Of a stretch of 64,000 nt of DNA, positions 18,909-28,460 are shown in pieces (within the stretch, counting starts at the first letter, position 1; every line of letters begins with the position of its first letter). The notes beneath the pieces are model-generated. The model saw nothing but the letters and a program-made list of their open reading frames with translations, was not told the origin of the DNA and made no database searches. The translations under genes and the position numbers were made by a program. The stretch lies in contig JAXHNJ010000002.1 of assembly GCA_034520665.1 (NCBI GenBank), forward strand, positions 544,660-608,659. The letters run 5' to 3'. This DNA is from Patescibacteria group bacterium. GTDB lineage: Bacteria; Patescibacteriota; Patescibacteriia; JAXHNJ01.

Positions 18909-19715
18909 ATGAATATTGATTATAATGCTTTAAACGTGTATACAGATGGATCTTCTAAGGGTTCTCCACGGGTTGGAGGCATAGGCATTAGATTGGTCTT
19001 TCCTGAATCGTTAAGTAAATCAGATAATGTAAAAAATATTAATGTCCCCGGATATAAAAATGCAACTAATAATCAAATGGAGCTTCAAGCTTGTATTATT
19101 GCCTTAGAAAAAATAATGAAACTTGATGATCTAAAAAAAATTCAAAGAATTGTCATAAATACTGATTCAATGTATGTTGTGGGTAATTATAAAAAAGCTA
19201 TTTGGAATTGGAGTAGAAATAAATGGAAAAAAAGTTCTGGGGGGCCAGTTCTTAATGCGGAGTTGTGGAAACAATTAATTAGAAACATGAAAAAAATTGG
19301 TGTAAGAGTTGATATATATTATGTTAAGGGACACTCAAAAAGTAAACATAATAAAGAAGCAGACAAATTGGCAAAAAAATCAGCTAATAAATGTAGAAAC
19401 AAACAATTAAGTGTCGTTAATCTTAGAAGAAAATTATCTAATAAAAGTGTATTGTTGGGTAGTGTCAAAATGAGTGGACAGAAAATAAAAATAAGGATTA
19501 TTAGCAGTTCCTACTTAAAAACTCAAAGAATAAAAAAATATAAATATGAAGTAATATCAAAAAAAAGTAAATTTTATAAATGCGTTGATCAGATATATGG
19601 AGATAAAAATATTAAAACTCTTCGAGTTGGTCATAGCTACTTGGTAAGTTTAAATAAAAATAATATGTACCCACAAGTATCAAAAGTATTTTGTGATATT
19701 ACTGAAAAAAACTAA
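18909..19715 (+). CDS. Ribonuclease HI with a ~110-aa basic C-terminal extension
   Basis: VYTDGS, TNNQMEL, TDSMYV, NAELW, VKGH, NKEADKLA: full DEDD/H set. Confidence 0.88.
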   Translation: MNIDYNALNVYTDGSSKGSPRVGGIGIRLVFPESLSKSDNVKNINVPGYKNATNNQMELQACIIALEKIMKLDDLKKIQRIVINTDSMYVVGNYKKAIWNWSRNKWKKSSGGPVLNAELWKQLIRNMKKIGVRVDIYYVKGHSKSKHNKEADKLAKKSANKCRNKQLSVVNLRRKLSNKSVLLGSVKMSGQKIKIRIISSSYLKTQRIKKYKYEVISKKSKFYKCVDQIYGDKNIKTLRVGHSYLVSLNKNNMYPQVSKVFCDITEKN

Positions 19716-19843
19716 AAAACTTTCTTTCCTAACTCCCCCATTTGACTAATAAAAAAATATATTATACATTTTATAACCAGCTCTTTTTGATATAGCTTTA
19801 TTAATCCATCCTTAACCCCACCCTTAACCTTGGAGGTGTTAAT

Positions 19844-20104
19844 TTGGGCAGGCATAAATCAGTTATAGAAAAAGGTAAGCAAACTCCCGGCCAAGCCGCT
19901 TCGGCCGCCAGAAAGCGACGCAATCAGGCCAGAAATAAAGCGGCTCTTGAAGAAGAAGCCGAAAGACGTGGGCTGACCGTCAGCGAACTTGTTCAGGAAA
20001 AAACCCTGGTCACAAAGAAAATGATTGAGGAAGCAAGGAACAGGGAATTGCAGGAGAGACTAAAAAGGGAAAAGCGCCGAGAATATTATTCTGGCTTGTA
20101 TTAA
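19844..20104 (+). CDS. Basic helical hypothetical protein
   Basis: TTG start with SD GGAGGTG; own promoter and terminator (20125-20155). Confidence 0.65.
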   Translation: MGRHKSVIEKGKQTPGQAASAARKRRNQARNKAALEEEAERRGLTVSELVQEKTLVTKKMIEEARNRELQERLKREKRREYYSGLY

Positions 20105-20178
20105 TTTCATCCAAGAAAATCTATAGCGGTTGTCCATCTGGACAATCGCTTTTTTATTTTTCTAATTTTTTTTAAATT

Positions 20179-20523
20179 TTATGGTTTATCTTTTACTGGG
20201 AAGTGATTACTATTTTTTGAAATGGAATGGCTCGAAAGTTTTAGAATTTCATTAAAATTATCATTTTCGGCCGCTTTGTTTCGTTTCTCAAAGCCGCAGA
20301 GACTACAGCGATGGACAATAACGTATTCTCCGCTTTTAACCTTCACCCCGACTGGTTCCATCAATCCCTGACAACTTGCCTGGCGGTCACCAGGATTAAT
20401 ATCTACGTGTTTGCTCCAGAGACATTTTGGACAGTGATTGGTGTAACCGCTTCCCTGCACCAAAAATCCGCACCTTTCACAGGTAAAGTTTTCTTTAGTC
20501 CGTTGAAATTTCCGTGTTTTCAT
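20179..20523 (-). CDS. RNHCP domain Zn-binding protein
   Basis: FTCERCG, YTNHCPKCLWSKHVD, PGDR, CQGLMEP, HRCSLCG. Confidence 0.9.
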   Translation of the reverse strand: MKTRKFQRTKENFTCERCGFLVQGSGYTNHCPKCLWSKHVDINPGDRQASCQGLMEPVGVKVKSGEYVIVHRCSLCGFEKRNKAAENDNFNEILKLSSHSISKNSNHFPVKDKP

Positions 20524-20857
20524 AATAGAATTTACCTCTTTTTTTACTTATCAAATATTTACTTCTGTCTTCTCTTTATCATAATCAGAAAATAAGAGCA
20601 AGGGGAAGGTAAAATAAATAATTAATTTATAAATTTTAAACCAATTTTAACTATTGTGATTTTTTTTTAATAAAAAAAGCCTGACTGAGGTGGTTGGGCT
20701 GGAAGTGAGGGAAGAAAAATACTTCGACTGATTAATTTTTTTATTTTCCCTTCAAGTCTCCTGATTAGAAGTTTTCCATAGTATTTGCTTGCATTTTTTA
20801 TTAAAATATGATAAAATTAGACTGGAATAAGCTTTAAAGGTATAATACAGTACAAAA

Positions 20858-21457
20858 ATGACCAAAAAACCAAGAAAAGGGGAATATTTAGAGATTTTAT
20901 TAAGGTCTCCTAAAACAGTTTTTTCTGTAAAAGAGGCCGCTTTATTATGGCAAGAAGAATGTGAACAAAGAGTTTCGTTGAGATTGAATAAATACACTAA
21001 AGCTGACAAATTAATCAGATTACGTCGTGGTTTCTATGCTAAAGACGAAAACTATGATCGTTTTGAATTAGCCACAAAAATATACACTCCTTCTTATATC
21101 AGCTTTGAGACTGTATTAACCCGAACAGGTATAAATTTTCAGAAATATGAAAGTATTTTTGTGGCCTCGTATGTTACTAGAAATATTGAAGTTGACGGGC
21201 AAAAAATATCTTATATCCGCATAAAGGATTATGTTTTATCGAATATAAAAGGCATAAAAAACCAAAATGGTGTATCTATAGCCACAAAAGAAAGAGCTTT
21301 TTTGGACCGAATTTATATCAGCCAGGAATATCATTTTGATAATTTAAATGTTTTGAACTGGGATAAAGTTTTTCATATTTTGCCAATTTACGGTAACAAA
21401 AAAATGGAAGAAAGGGTGAATAAATATTTCAAAAATTATACAAAATCAAACATATGA
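20858..21457 (+). CDS. AbiEi-like type IV antitoxin / transcriptional regulator
   Basis: LIRLRRGFY, PSYISFETVL, IATKERAFLD. Confidence 0.85.
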   Translation: MTKKPRKGEYLEILLRSPKTVFSVKEAALLWQEECEQRVSLRLNKYTKADKLIRLRRGFYAKDENYDRFELATKIYTPSYISFETVLTRTGINFQKYESIFVASYVTRNIEVDGQKISYIRIKDYVLSNIKGIKNQNGVSIATKERAFLDRIYISQEYHFDNLNVLNWDKVFHILPIYGNKKMEERVNKYFKNYTKSNI

Positions 21458-22149
21458 GCGTTGATTATGCTAAACATAAAAATATCTTATTGCAGATTCT
21501 AAAAGATATCTATACTGATGTTACTATTGCTTCACACCTGGGATTTAAAGGCGGAACTGCTGCTTACTTGTTTTATGGACTTGACCGGGATTCCTTTGAT
21601 TTAGATTTTGATTTACTGGATGAAAATAAAATAGAAATAATTTTTGAAAAAATTCATAAGATTATAAAAAACTACGGTAAAATCACTTATTCAAAAATAA
21701 AAAGATTTAATTTATTAAAAGTTATTTCATACGATGAAAAATTACAAAACATTAAAATTGAAATCAACCGCAGAAATTTTGGCTCCAGGTATGAATTAAA
21801 AACTCTATTGGGAATTTCCATGCTGGTTATGAAGAAGGAGGATATGTTTGCTCATAAATTAATGGCTATGCAAGAGCGAGTACATAAAACCAGTCGTGAT
21901 ATTTATGATGTCTGGTTTTTTCTAAAGAATAACTGGCCAATCAACCAAAAAATTGTGGAAAAGAGAGCAGAAACCTCCTATAAAGAGAGTTTGCAGAATT
22001 GTGTTAAACAAATAGAAAAAATAAAAAGCCGCGATTTATTGGTTGGCCTGGGCGAATCATTGTCTAAGTCTCAAAAAGACTGGGCTCGTGCTAAATTAAA
22101 ATCAGAAATTATTTTTTTACTAAAAGCCCGACTAAAAAGTGAAAAATAA
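21454..22149 (+). CDS. AbiEii/AbiGii nucleotidyltransferase toxin
   Basis: FKGGTA...LDRDSFDLDF, KL.A...R..SRDIYD; ATGA overlap with the antitoxin. Confidence 0.9.
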   Translation: MSVDYAKHKNILLQILKDIYTDVTIASHLGFKGGTAAYLFYGLDRDSFDLDFDLLDENKIEIIFEKIHKIIKNYGKITYSKIKRFNLLKVISYDEKLQNIKIEINRRNFGSRYELKTLLGISMLVMKKEDMFAHKLMAMQERVHKTSRDIYDVWFFLKNNWPINQKIVEKRAETSYKESLQNCVKQIEKIKSRDLLVGLGESLSKSQKDWARAKLKSEIIFLLKARLKSEK

Positions 22150-22407
22150 ATTAGGATGAGTACAAAATTAATAAACCCTTGAAAAGAGTATTATTTTAAG
22201 AAATAATATTTTTGTTCCCAAGCCGGTATATTTTAAGAAACAAATGTTGAGCCAGCTAGAAAATAAACAATAAAAAAGGAACTAATAACAAATTTTAAAA
22301 TATTGTGATTAATAAGCCCTGACCTTATCCCTGGGTTTTTTATTTTTACCAAAATAAAAAAGCCCTTTGATATTATCGCCGGGCTCGGGTTTTTAAATCA
22401 AGAGCTA

Positions 22408-22707
22408 TTAGGGGAGGAGAAGCCGGTACCATTCATCGCGAATGTTAGCTTCGATTTCTCCTTTCATTAGCTTGAAAAGAAAGGGAAGATCAGCTTTGAA
22501 AAAAACCTCACTCTCCCTGACTTCTATCCAGCCGCTGATATTTTTGCCTTTGGCCTGAAAGCTAAAAGAACAGGTATAGCCTTGCCAGTTTTCTGAAAGG
22601 TTTTTGATCAGATCCTGGTGTGCTTTGGCCATGGCAGAGAGCAGCAGCTTGGCTTTAGCCAAGACCTCGTCTTTAGTCAGAGAATATGGTAGATGAACTT
22701 CCATCAT
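22408..22707 (-). CDS. PHA_gran_rgn-like small protein
   Basis: MEVHLPYSLTKDE...W.G....F...G..ISG.IEV; SD AGGAGG before ATG 22707/22704. Confidence 0.7.
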   Translation of the reverse strand: MMEVHLPYSLTKDEVLAKAKLLLSAMAKAHQDLIKNLSENWQGYTCSFSFQAKGKNISGWIEVRESEVFFKADLPFLFKLMKGEIEANIRDEWYRLLLP

Positions 22708-23273
22708 TACCTCCTTTTTCTGATTCTGTAGGCGTCCAAAACAAAGAAAATTGAAGCTAATTGTTGAGCAAAAAGAATCGGATTCGTGCGGGCTAACATC
22801 AGTGCGGCACAGCAGCCGTTCATTAAGATAAACCAAAGGTAACCCTTGAAATTATCCTTAACTCCGAGCAGAAAAGTGCCGATGAGAAATCCCAAAGCCA
22901 GTCCGAGCTCCAAAATTTGCGTGTAGGAGCTTAAGCCTCTGAGTTTGTAGAAACTTAAGCCGATACCGATACTGGTAATAACTAGAGCGATCCAGTAGAA
23001 CCATTTGGGCGGTCTGCCTTTTCTTTTTATAGCTAGGATGAGACCGGTAGCCATAGAAAAAGCGCCAGCCATTTCAACAAAGGCAGCAATAATATCATTG
23101 CCCGTGTAGAGAATATAAACCCAAGCTGGCAGGCCAATTAGGTAAACCGTCCAGGAAAGGATTTTATTAATCCTTTTTTTCTCTTGGTTTTGGCTTCTTT
23201 CGGCTCGTGAAAAAAAGATCTTGTTAGCTAGATAAAAAGCTCCAGCCCAAAGTTTAATCGGAGAAGCAATCAT
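22707..23273 (-). CDS. Multi-TM membrane protein
   Basis: About six hydrophobic segments. Confidence 0.7.
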   Translation of the reverse strand: MIASPIKLWAGAFYLANKIFFSRAERSQNQEKKRINKILSWTVYLIGLPAWVYILYTGNDIIAAFVEMAGAFSMATGLILAIKRKGRPPKWFYWIALVITSIGIGLSFYKLRGLSSYTQILELGLALGFLIGTFLLGVKDNFKGYLWFILMNGCCAALMLARTNPILFAQQLASIFFVLDAYRIRKRR

Positions 23274-23355
23274 TATCTATCCTACTTTCGTTTTAAAAAA
23301 AGAGCTAACCAATTTTTAACTGAATAGCTTAACATGTTATTTTGGGTTTGTCAAC

Positions 23356-23377
23356 TCCGCCTTTCGCGAAAGGCGGA
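23356..23377. repeat. Perfect 22-bp palindrome of the TCCGCC...GGCGGA family
   Basis: TCCGCCTTTCGCGAAAGGCGGA. Confidence 0.8.
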
Positions 23378-23591
23378 TAAAGCCTTTATTAAACTAATTG
23401 TCAGGTTGATGAGTCATGAGGCTTGCTAAGTGGCGTCTATAAATTCTATGATATTCTATCACTCTTCAAAGCTCAGGCTTAAGCCTTTGCCCCTCAGGGT
23501 GACAAGGCTTTGAAATTTGAAAATATATAAAAAACACCTCATTAAAAAAACGGAGTGTTTTTGTTTACAGGCCGTAATTTTGATGAAGGTG

Positions 23592-23648
23592 TGGTGAGCG
23601 CAGAAGAACTTGTCACCCTACGGGTGATCCGCCTCTGGCGGAAACCCC
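23592..23648 (-). pseudogene. tRNA 3'-end fragment with a 30-bp double hairpin in the T-loop
   Basis: Minus strand GGGGTT[23642-23613]CAAGTTCTTCTGCGCTCACCA. Confidence 0.7.
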
Positions 23649-23684
23649 ACTTACTTATTCTTTTTCTATAATCAAATAAATTAT

Positions 23685-23761
23685 TGGTGGGCCGTGAGGG
23701 ATTCGAACCCCCGACACCCTGCTTAAGAGGCAGGTGCTCTAACCAGCTGAGCTAACGGCCC
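23685..23761 (-). tRNA. tRNA-Lys(CTT)
   Basis: GGGCCGT...ACGGCCC-A-CCA; anticodon arm CCTGC-CTCTTAA-GCAGG. Confidence 0.97.
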
Positions 23762-23809
23762 ATACAGATAATTAAGTCAATATATCGTTTAAAGTAAAAG
23801 GAGGAAAGG

Positions 23810-23966
23810 CGAAGCGGGCCGGTCTACCATTGTCCCTCTTCGGGGGGATCCGCCCTGTCTGCCACAGGCAGGCTCTGGCGGAAGCTATGTGCCCGCGTTT
23901 AAATTTATATTGAATTCCGGCTTTAGACCGAGATCTTCGATCCGTAGGATCGAGACTAACGGTCTA
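23810..23966 (-). pseudogene. tRNA 5' fragments with hairpin insertions
   Basis: GGGCACATAGCT[23882-23833]CAATGGTAGA, and a weaker GACCGTTAG[23955-23934]. Confidence 0.7.
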
Positions 23967-24024
23967 TATTTTATTAATAGCCTTTACACGCCGGAACCCT
24001 GAGCAGCGTCGAAGGGTGGAGGCG

Positions 24025-24099
24025 TGGTGCCCTCGCTAGGATTCGAACCTAGAATTCCAGTTCCGAAGACTGGCGTGTTATCCATTACACTACAAGGGC
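24025..24099 (-). tRNA. tRNA-Arg(TCG)
   Basis: GCCCTTG...CGAGGGC-A-CCA; anticodon arm CCAGT-CTTCGGA-ACTGG. Confidence 0.95.
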
Positions 24100-24170
24100 T
24101 ATTAGTATTTTTTAAAAAACACGTGATAAAATTTTATCACGGCTTTTTATAAAAATCAAGTTTAAGCCTT

Positions 24171-25115
24171 TTAAAACGGCTTAATATATTCTCGTTTGTG
24201 TTGGCCGTTTTCCAGTCGTTCGGCTGTGCTGATGGCTGACGCAATTTGGCGAGAGATAATATTAAGCAGGATCTGATTATTGTAGCTGAAATTTTCCTCT
24301 TTTTTATCCACTATAACAATAGCGCCGAGAATATCTTTACCGGCTTTAACTTTAACTCCTAAAGCAGAATTTTTTAAATAAGGTAGATGCCATTTTTTAT
24401 CTTTTTTAAAATCTTCCCGGTCAATAAAAATATCTTCGCCGGATTTAAATATTTCATAGAGAAAAGGATCTTTGTCCAGACTAATATTAAGATTCTTAAT
24501 TTCCTGATTTTTTTTATAGCCAGTAGCTTCCTGGATAACCGCTTTATTTTGCAATGGTTTAAAAAGAACGAAAAAGGCCTGATTAGCTTTGATTATTGTT
24601 AGAATAGATTCCAGGATTAAACTAAGAATATTATAAATATTAGCATAAGTTGAAGCAATACGCCCGGTTGAATAAACAGTTAATAATTTATTATTAGCGT
24701 GGTGCAGTCTTTCAGTTAAGTTTTTTAAAATATTGCCGTAAATTTTATTAGTTAAATCAGGGTTAGTATTTCTAAGTTTTATAAAATCTTTACCCTTGAT
24801 AATTAAAATTTTACCGGCCTCAATTATTTCTCCAAAATGGCTGTGTTTTAATTTGGGGTCAACCAGAGAGCTTTCGACGGCAAAGTTATTAGTAGACATA
24901 AAAGCTAGAGTTTGCTTTTCGTCCCTGATTTCCCGGGATATTCTGAGAAAACCAGATAAAACAATAAAAAATTCTTGGCGTTTATCGCCAGCCTTAAAAA
25001 GTTCCTGGTCTTTTTTTGTTTCTTTAATTTTAGAAATTTTAGCAATCTCGGCCAGTTCATCTGGCTTTAAATTTTTAAAAAGTGTAATTTTTTTTAGTTC
25101 TTTTATATTAATCAT
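24171..25115 (-). CDS. cNMP-binding domain plus GAF domain protein
   Basis: LFKNL...LFKAGD...FFIVLSG (cNMP fold); C-terminal SALGV..KAGKDILGAIVIVDK...FS (GAF). Confidence 0.8.
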   Translation of the reverse strand: MINIKELKKITLFKNLKPDELAEIAKISKIKETKKDQELFKAGDKRQEFFIVLSGFLRISREIRDEKQTLAFMSTNNFAVESSLVDPKLKHSHFGEIIEAGKILIIKGKDFIKLRNTNPDLTNKIYGNILKNLTERLHHANNKLLTVYSTGRIASTYANIYNILSLILESILTIIKANQAFFVLFKPLQNKAVIQEATGYKKNQEIKNLNISLDKDPFLYEIFKSGEDIFIDREDFKKDKKWHLPYLKNSALGVKVKAGKDILGAIVIVDKKEENFSYNNQILLNIISRQIASAISTAERLENGQHKREYIKPF

Positions 25116-25125
25116 ATTTTTTATG

Positions 25126-26169
25126 TTATTCTAAGGCTTCCGGATTGACCATATGAGAGATGGCAATAGTTTTAGAAATCTGATCATCTTCGTAGAGTTT
25201 TTTTAATGATTGATCCATAGTAATCATACCTTCTTCAGCCGAGGTCTGAATGGCAGTTTTTATTTGAGCGATTTTATTTTCACGAATAAGATTGGAAATA
25301 GCCGGTGAGTTAATCAGTATTTCCCGACTAGCAATTCGACCGCCATCTTTTTGAGGCATAAGTTGCTGAGAAATAATACCTTTTAAGAAAAGAGAAATTT
25401 GCAGCCTGACCTGGGCTTGCTGATAAGGGGGAAAGACATCAATAATACGATCAATAGTCTGAGCTGCGTTTAAAGTATGTAAAGTAGCTAAAACCAGATG
25501 ACCAGTTTCAGCCAGAGTAATAGTCGAAGCAATAGTTTCCAAATCTCGCATTTCACCGACCATAATTACGTTTGGATCTTGACGCAAGACGTGTTTTAAG
25601 CCTTCAGCAAAAGAAAGCATATCAGAGCCGAGCTGGCGCTGACGGATAATACTTTTTTTAGGATTAAAAATAAATTCAATCGGATCTTCCAAGGTGACAA
25701 TATGAGCCGTTCTTTCATTGTTAATGAGATTGATCATAGCCGCCAAACTAGTTGATTTACCGCAGCCAGTGGGGCCGGTAATTAATATTAAACCCTGTTT
25801 TAAACGCAAAAGATCGTAAACTACTTTAGGCATTTTTAAAGAATCCATAGTTGGTATTTCAGTAGAGATAACTCGAGCCACTAAACCTAAATTATTTTTT
25901 TCCCAGTGAATATTAACCCTAAAACGCGAAACATTTTTTATTTCATGTGATATATCTAATTCACGTTTTTCTTTGATAATTCTCTTTTGTTTATCATTAA
26001 GAATACTTAAACAGAGCTCTTCTGTGTCTTTGGGAGTGAGAACTGGGTAATCCTTTAATTTTGTTAATTCACCGTCTATTCTAAGAATGGGTGGTTGACC
26101 AGCTATAATATGAAGATCTGAGGCATTTTTTTTAACGGCTTCTTTAAACAATTTATCAATTTTGATCAT
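25126..26169 (-). CDS. pilT: Type IV pilus retraction ATPase
   Basis: ASDLH, GPTGCGKST, EDPIEF, LRQDPNVIMVGEMRD, AETGHLV, NLIRE. Confidence 0.95.
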   Translation of the reverse strand: MIKIDKLFKEAVKKNASDLHIIAGQPPILRIDGELTKLKDYPVLTPKDTEELCLSILNDKQKRIIKEKRELDISHEIKNVSRFRVNIHWEKNNLGLVARVISTEIPTMDSLKMPKVVYDLLRLKQGLILITGPTGCGKSTSLAAMINLINNERTAHIVTLEDPIEFIFNPKKSIIRQRQLGSDMLSFAEGLKHVLRQDPNVIMVGEMRDLETIASTITLAETGHLVLATLHTLNAAQTIDRIIDVFPPYQQAQVRLQISLFLKGIISQQLMPQKDGGRIASREILINSPAISNLIRENKIAQIKTAIQTSAEEGMITMDQSLKKLYEDDQISKTIAISHMVNPEALE

Positions 26170-26310
26170 ATATTTTTTATTAAAAACCTCGGCCTAAAAA
26201 CAGAGATTTATTTTTAATATTTATTTTTCTAATCATTATTTCCCTCATTACAGAGTTAATTTTATCAATAATCAACAGGTTGTGTCAAACACAAAATTAT
26301 TAATATTTTA

Positions 26311-26350
26311 TAAAAAAACAGTTCCTCTAAAAAATGAGGAACTGTTTTTA
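26311..26350 (-). terminator. Intrinsic terminator of the acidic peptide gene
   Basis: ACAGTTCCTC...GAGGAACTGT hairpin with A/T runs. Confidence 0.75.
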
Positions 26351-26369
26351 CTTTTATTGAAGGATAAAT

Positions 26370-26480
26370 TTATTCGTTATCTTCTTCTTCGCCTTCTTCA
26401 GTTTCTTCTTCTTCTCCGTTTTCTTCAGTTTCTTCTTCTTCATTTTCTTCATTTCCTTCGTCAGTGTTCATATCTTCCAT
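26370..26480 (-). CDS. 36-aa polyacidic peptide
   Basis: MEDMNTDEGNEENEEEETEENGEEEETEEGEEEDNE; SD GAAAGGAGGTG; promoter TTGACA-17-TAGTAT at 26584-26612. Confidence 0.75.
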   Translation of the reverse strand: MEDMNTDEGNEENEEEETEENGEEEETEEGEEEDNE

Positions 26481-26695
26481 GATGACACCTCCTTTCTTTT
26501 TTACTCGCATTTAATTTTTAAAAAGATTTAGTTTAATAAAATCACTGAATTTAAATCAGTGAATTTTATTATTTTGTGCCTTTATACTAGCAGCCAAATT
26601 AGGTCTTGTCAAGGGGGGATGTGGAAAAACTATGTATAAATTTTTTGCTGGGCTAAGATAATTTTAAGGCAAAAATTATCAAAAATAATTTTTAT

Positions 26696-28372
26696 TTAAT
26701 AAATTTCTTCTTTTTTTTCACGAATAAAATTCATCCATTGGTCTAAAACTTCTACCAAAGTTTTAAAAGGGGCTTCAATAATAAAGTCAAGTACAAAAGC
26801 AAAAATATTTATCTTTGGTGCTTTTAAAGAAAGCCAACGACCCATTCTAATAATGGGTATAGAAAAGAAATCAATTAAAGCGCCAATAACTGTTTTTTTC
26901 TTTTCCACTATAATAAGCTCGCGTGTGGTTTCTCGGCTTTTAATACCAAAGAAACTAACCAGAGAAAGAAAAAGTAGAAAGAGAAAAATACTAACCGCGT
27001 TAAAATTAAATAATCTTAAAATGTAAACAATTAAACCAAAAGAAATGCTAAAAACTATAAAATATAAAATGTTAAAAATTACATTCCATTTAGCGCGATA
27101 CTTGATTGGTTTTTTAAAATGCTCAAATTTAAATTCTTTTTCTCTTTCATAAACGAGACTGTTAATAGCTTTAATAACTTGGGCTGTATTTTTTTTGGTC
27201 GGTATTTTTATACTGGCAGCTATAAATATTAAAAGTATAGGGTGAAAAAATACATTGGTAATCAGGGCTGGATAATGAATTGTGTTATAAGCCAGCACAT
27301 CAAAAGGCAGCTCTAAAACAAAGGCTAGTACAGTTTTAGTTAAGATTATATAAATAACAGCCCTTAAAGTACTTCTTTTGAGTTTTTCTTTAGCCTTTTT
27401 ATAGCGAAAACGACAGGCTCTTTTTATATGTTGGTTTAATAGATCAGGTTTAGTTAATATTGAGCGGGCTTTTTCCTTATTGTGTTTTATAATATCTTTG
27501 AGAATAGTGAGAATAATAATATATTTTTTAACCTGACGAAAAATAGGCCCGGCTATGGGATTATCTATTTGTTTTTCAATAGCTTTTTTTAAACTTTTTA
27601 AATTATTGGCTACCTCATTTATTATATTATCATCATTTATAGTCCACTCTGGATAATAAAGTTGCAGTAGGCTATGGCGAATAATAGCGTCATCAGATTT
27701 CATTAAGGCTCGGTGTATAGCGATATAAAGTTGAGTATTTTTTACTTGTTCACTAACTTCTTCTTGGATATAAACCTTATCCTTCAAAACAGAATAAGCA
27801 AATTCAATTAAAGCCTGTTGCTTATGGGGTGGAAAAAAGGCCTGCTCAATTTCAACTGAAGCCATACTTAATATCCATTCATTAAACTCGAATCTTTTCT
27901 GGCCTTTTTCCAAAAAAGAGCTCTGTCGCATTAATTTTATATATTTAGCAAATATTTTTTCTACCCTTTCCACTAAACTTTCCGGGACAGTGTCATTTTT
28001 TAAATAACCAGCTCGAATTAATTCAACAATTAAACTTCTGATATTAAAAGTTTCAATCTTTCCTTGGTTAAGCCAGCGAGTTAAAATTCTCTCAATAGCG
28101 TTTTTTCTTAAAAGGTGCTCATCTTTATAATCAATAGCTATTCTAATTTTTTCATAGAGAAATGCCATCTTTGAAATAGTGGTGGAAACATGGATCTTAG
28201 GAGATTTAGGATCTTGCCATTCTTTATTTTTTTGAATTTCAAAAGCGCTAATCAATTTTTCTACAGCTGGTTTTAATTCCTTGCTTTGATTTATTTGATT
28301 ATTTTGATTATCATTTTTTTGTTGAAAACTTTGCTTGAAGTTATCAAATTTATTTTTTTCTGGTAAATACAT
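26696..28372 (-). CDS. Hypothetical membrane protein (soluble N-domain, C-terminal TMs)
   Basis: 558-aa ORF. Confidence 0.8.
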   Translation of the reverse strand: MYLPEKNKFDNFKQSFQQKNDNQNNQINQSKELKPAVEKLISAFEIQKNKEWQDPKSPKIHVSTTISKMAFLYEKIRIAIDYKDEHLLRKNAIERILTRWLNQGKIETFNIRSLIVELIRAGYLKNDTVPESLVERVEKIFAKYIKLMRQSSFLEKGQKRFEFNEWILSMASVEIEQAFFPPHKQQALIEFAYSVLKDKVYIQEEVSEQVKNTQLYIAIHRALMKSDDAIIRHSLLQLYYPEWTINDDNIINEVANNLKSLKKAIEKQIDNPIAGPIFRQVKKYIIILTILKDIIKHNKEKARSILTKPDLLNQHIKRACRFRYKKAKEKLKRSTLRAVIYIILTKTVLAFVLELPFDVLAYNTIHYPALITNVFFHPILLIFIAASIKIPTKKNTAQVIKAINSLVYEREKEFKFEHFKKPIKYRAKWNVIFNILYFIVFSISFGLIVYILRLFNFNAVSIFLFLLFLSLVSFFGIKSRETTRELIIVEKKKTVIGALIDFFSIPIIRMGRWLSLKAPKINIFAFVLDFIIEAPFKTLVEVLDQWMNFIREKKEEIY

Positions 28373-28460
28373 AAATTATGAAAAATATACTTCTAGTTGG
28401 TCATTTAAACATAATATTTTAATTTTGGCAATACTTTTAAAAAAATTATATAATAAAAGC

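Noticed and set aside
18909-19715. Retron or retroelement because of RNase H
   Set aside because: No RT ORF (no YADD motif) or msr-msd structure nearby
16900-23700. Intact prophage or integrative element ending at tRNA-Lys
   Set aside because: No integrase, structural or replication genes, and no matching att repeat at the far end
23592-23897. Split tRNA formed from GGGCACA... and ...TGCGCTCACCA
   Set aside because: Acceptor pairing is imperfect, there is no anticodon arm, the T-stem is degenerate and both pieces are interrupted
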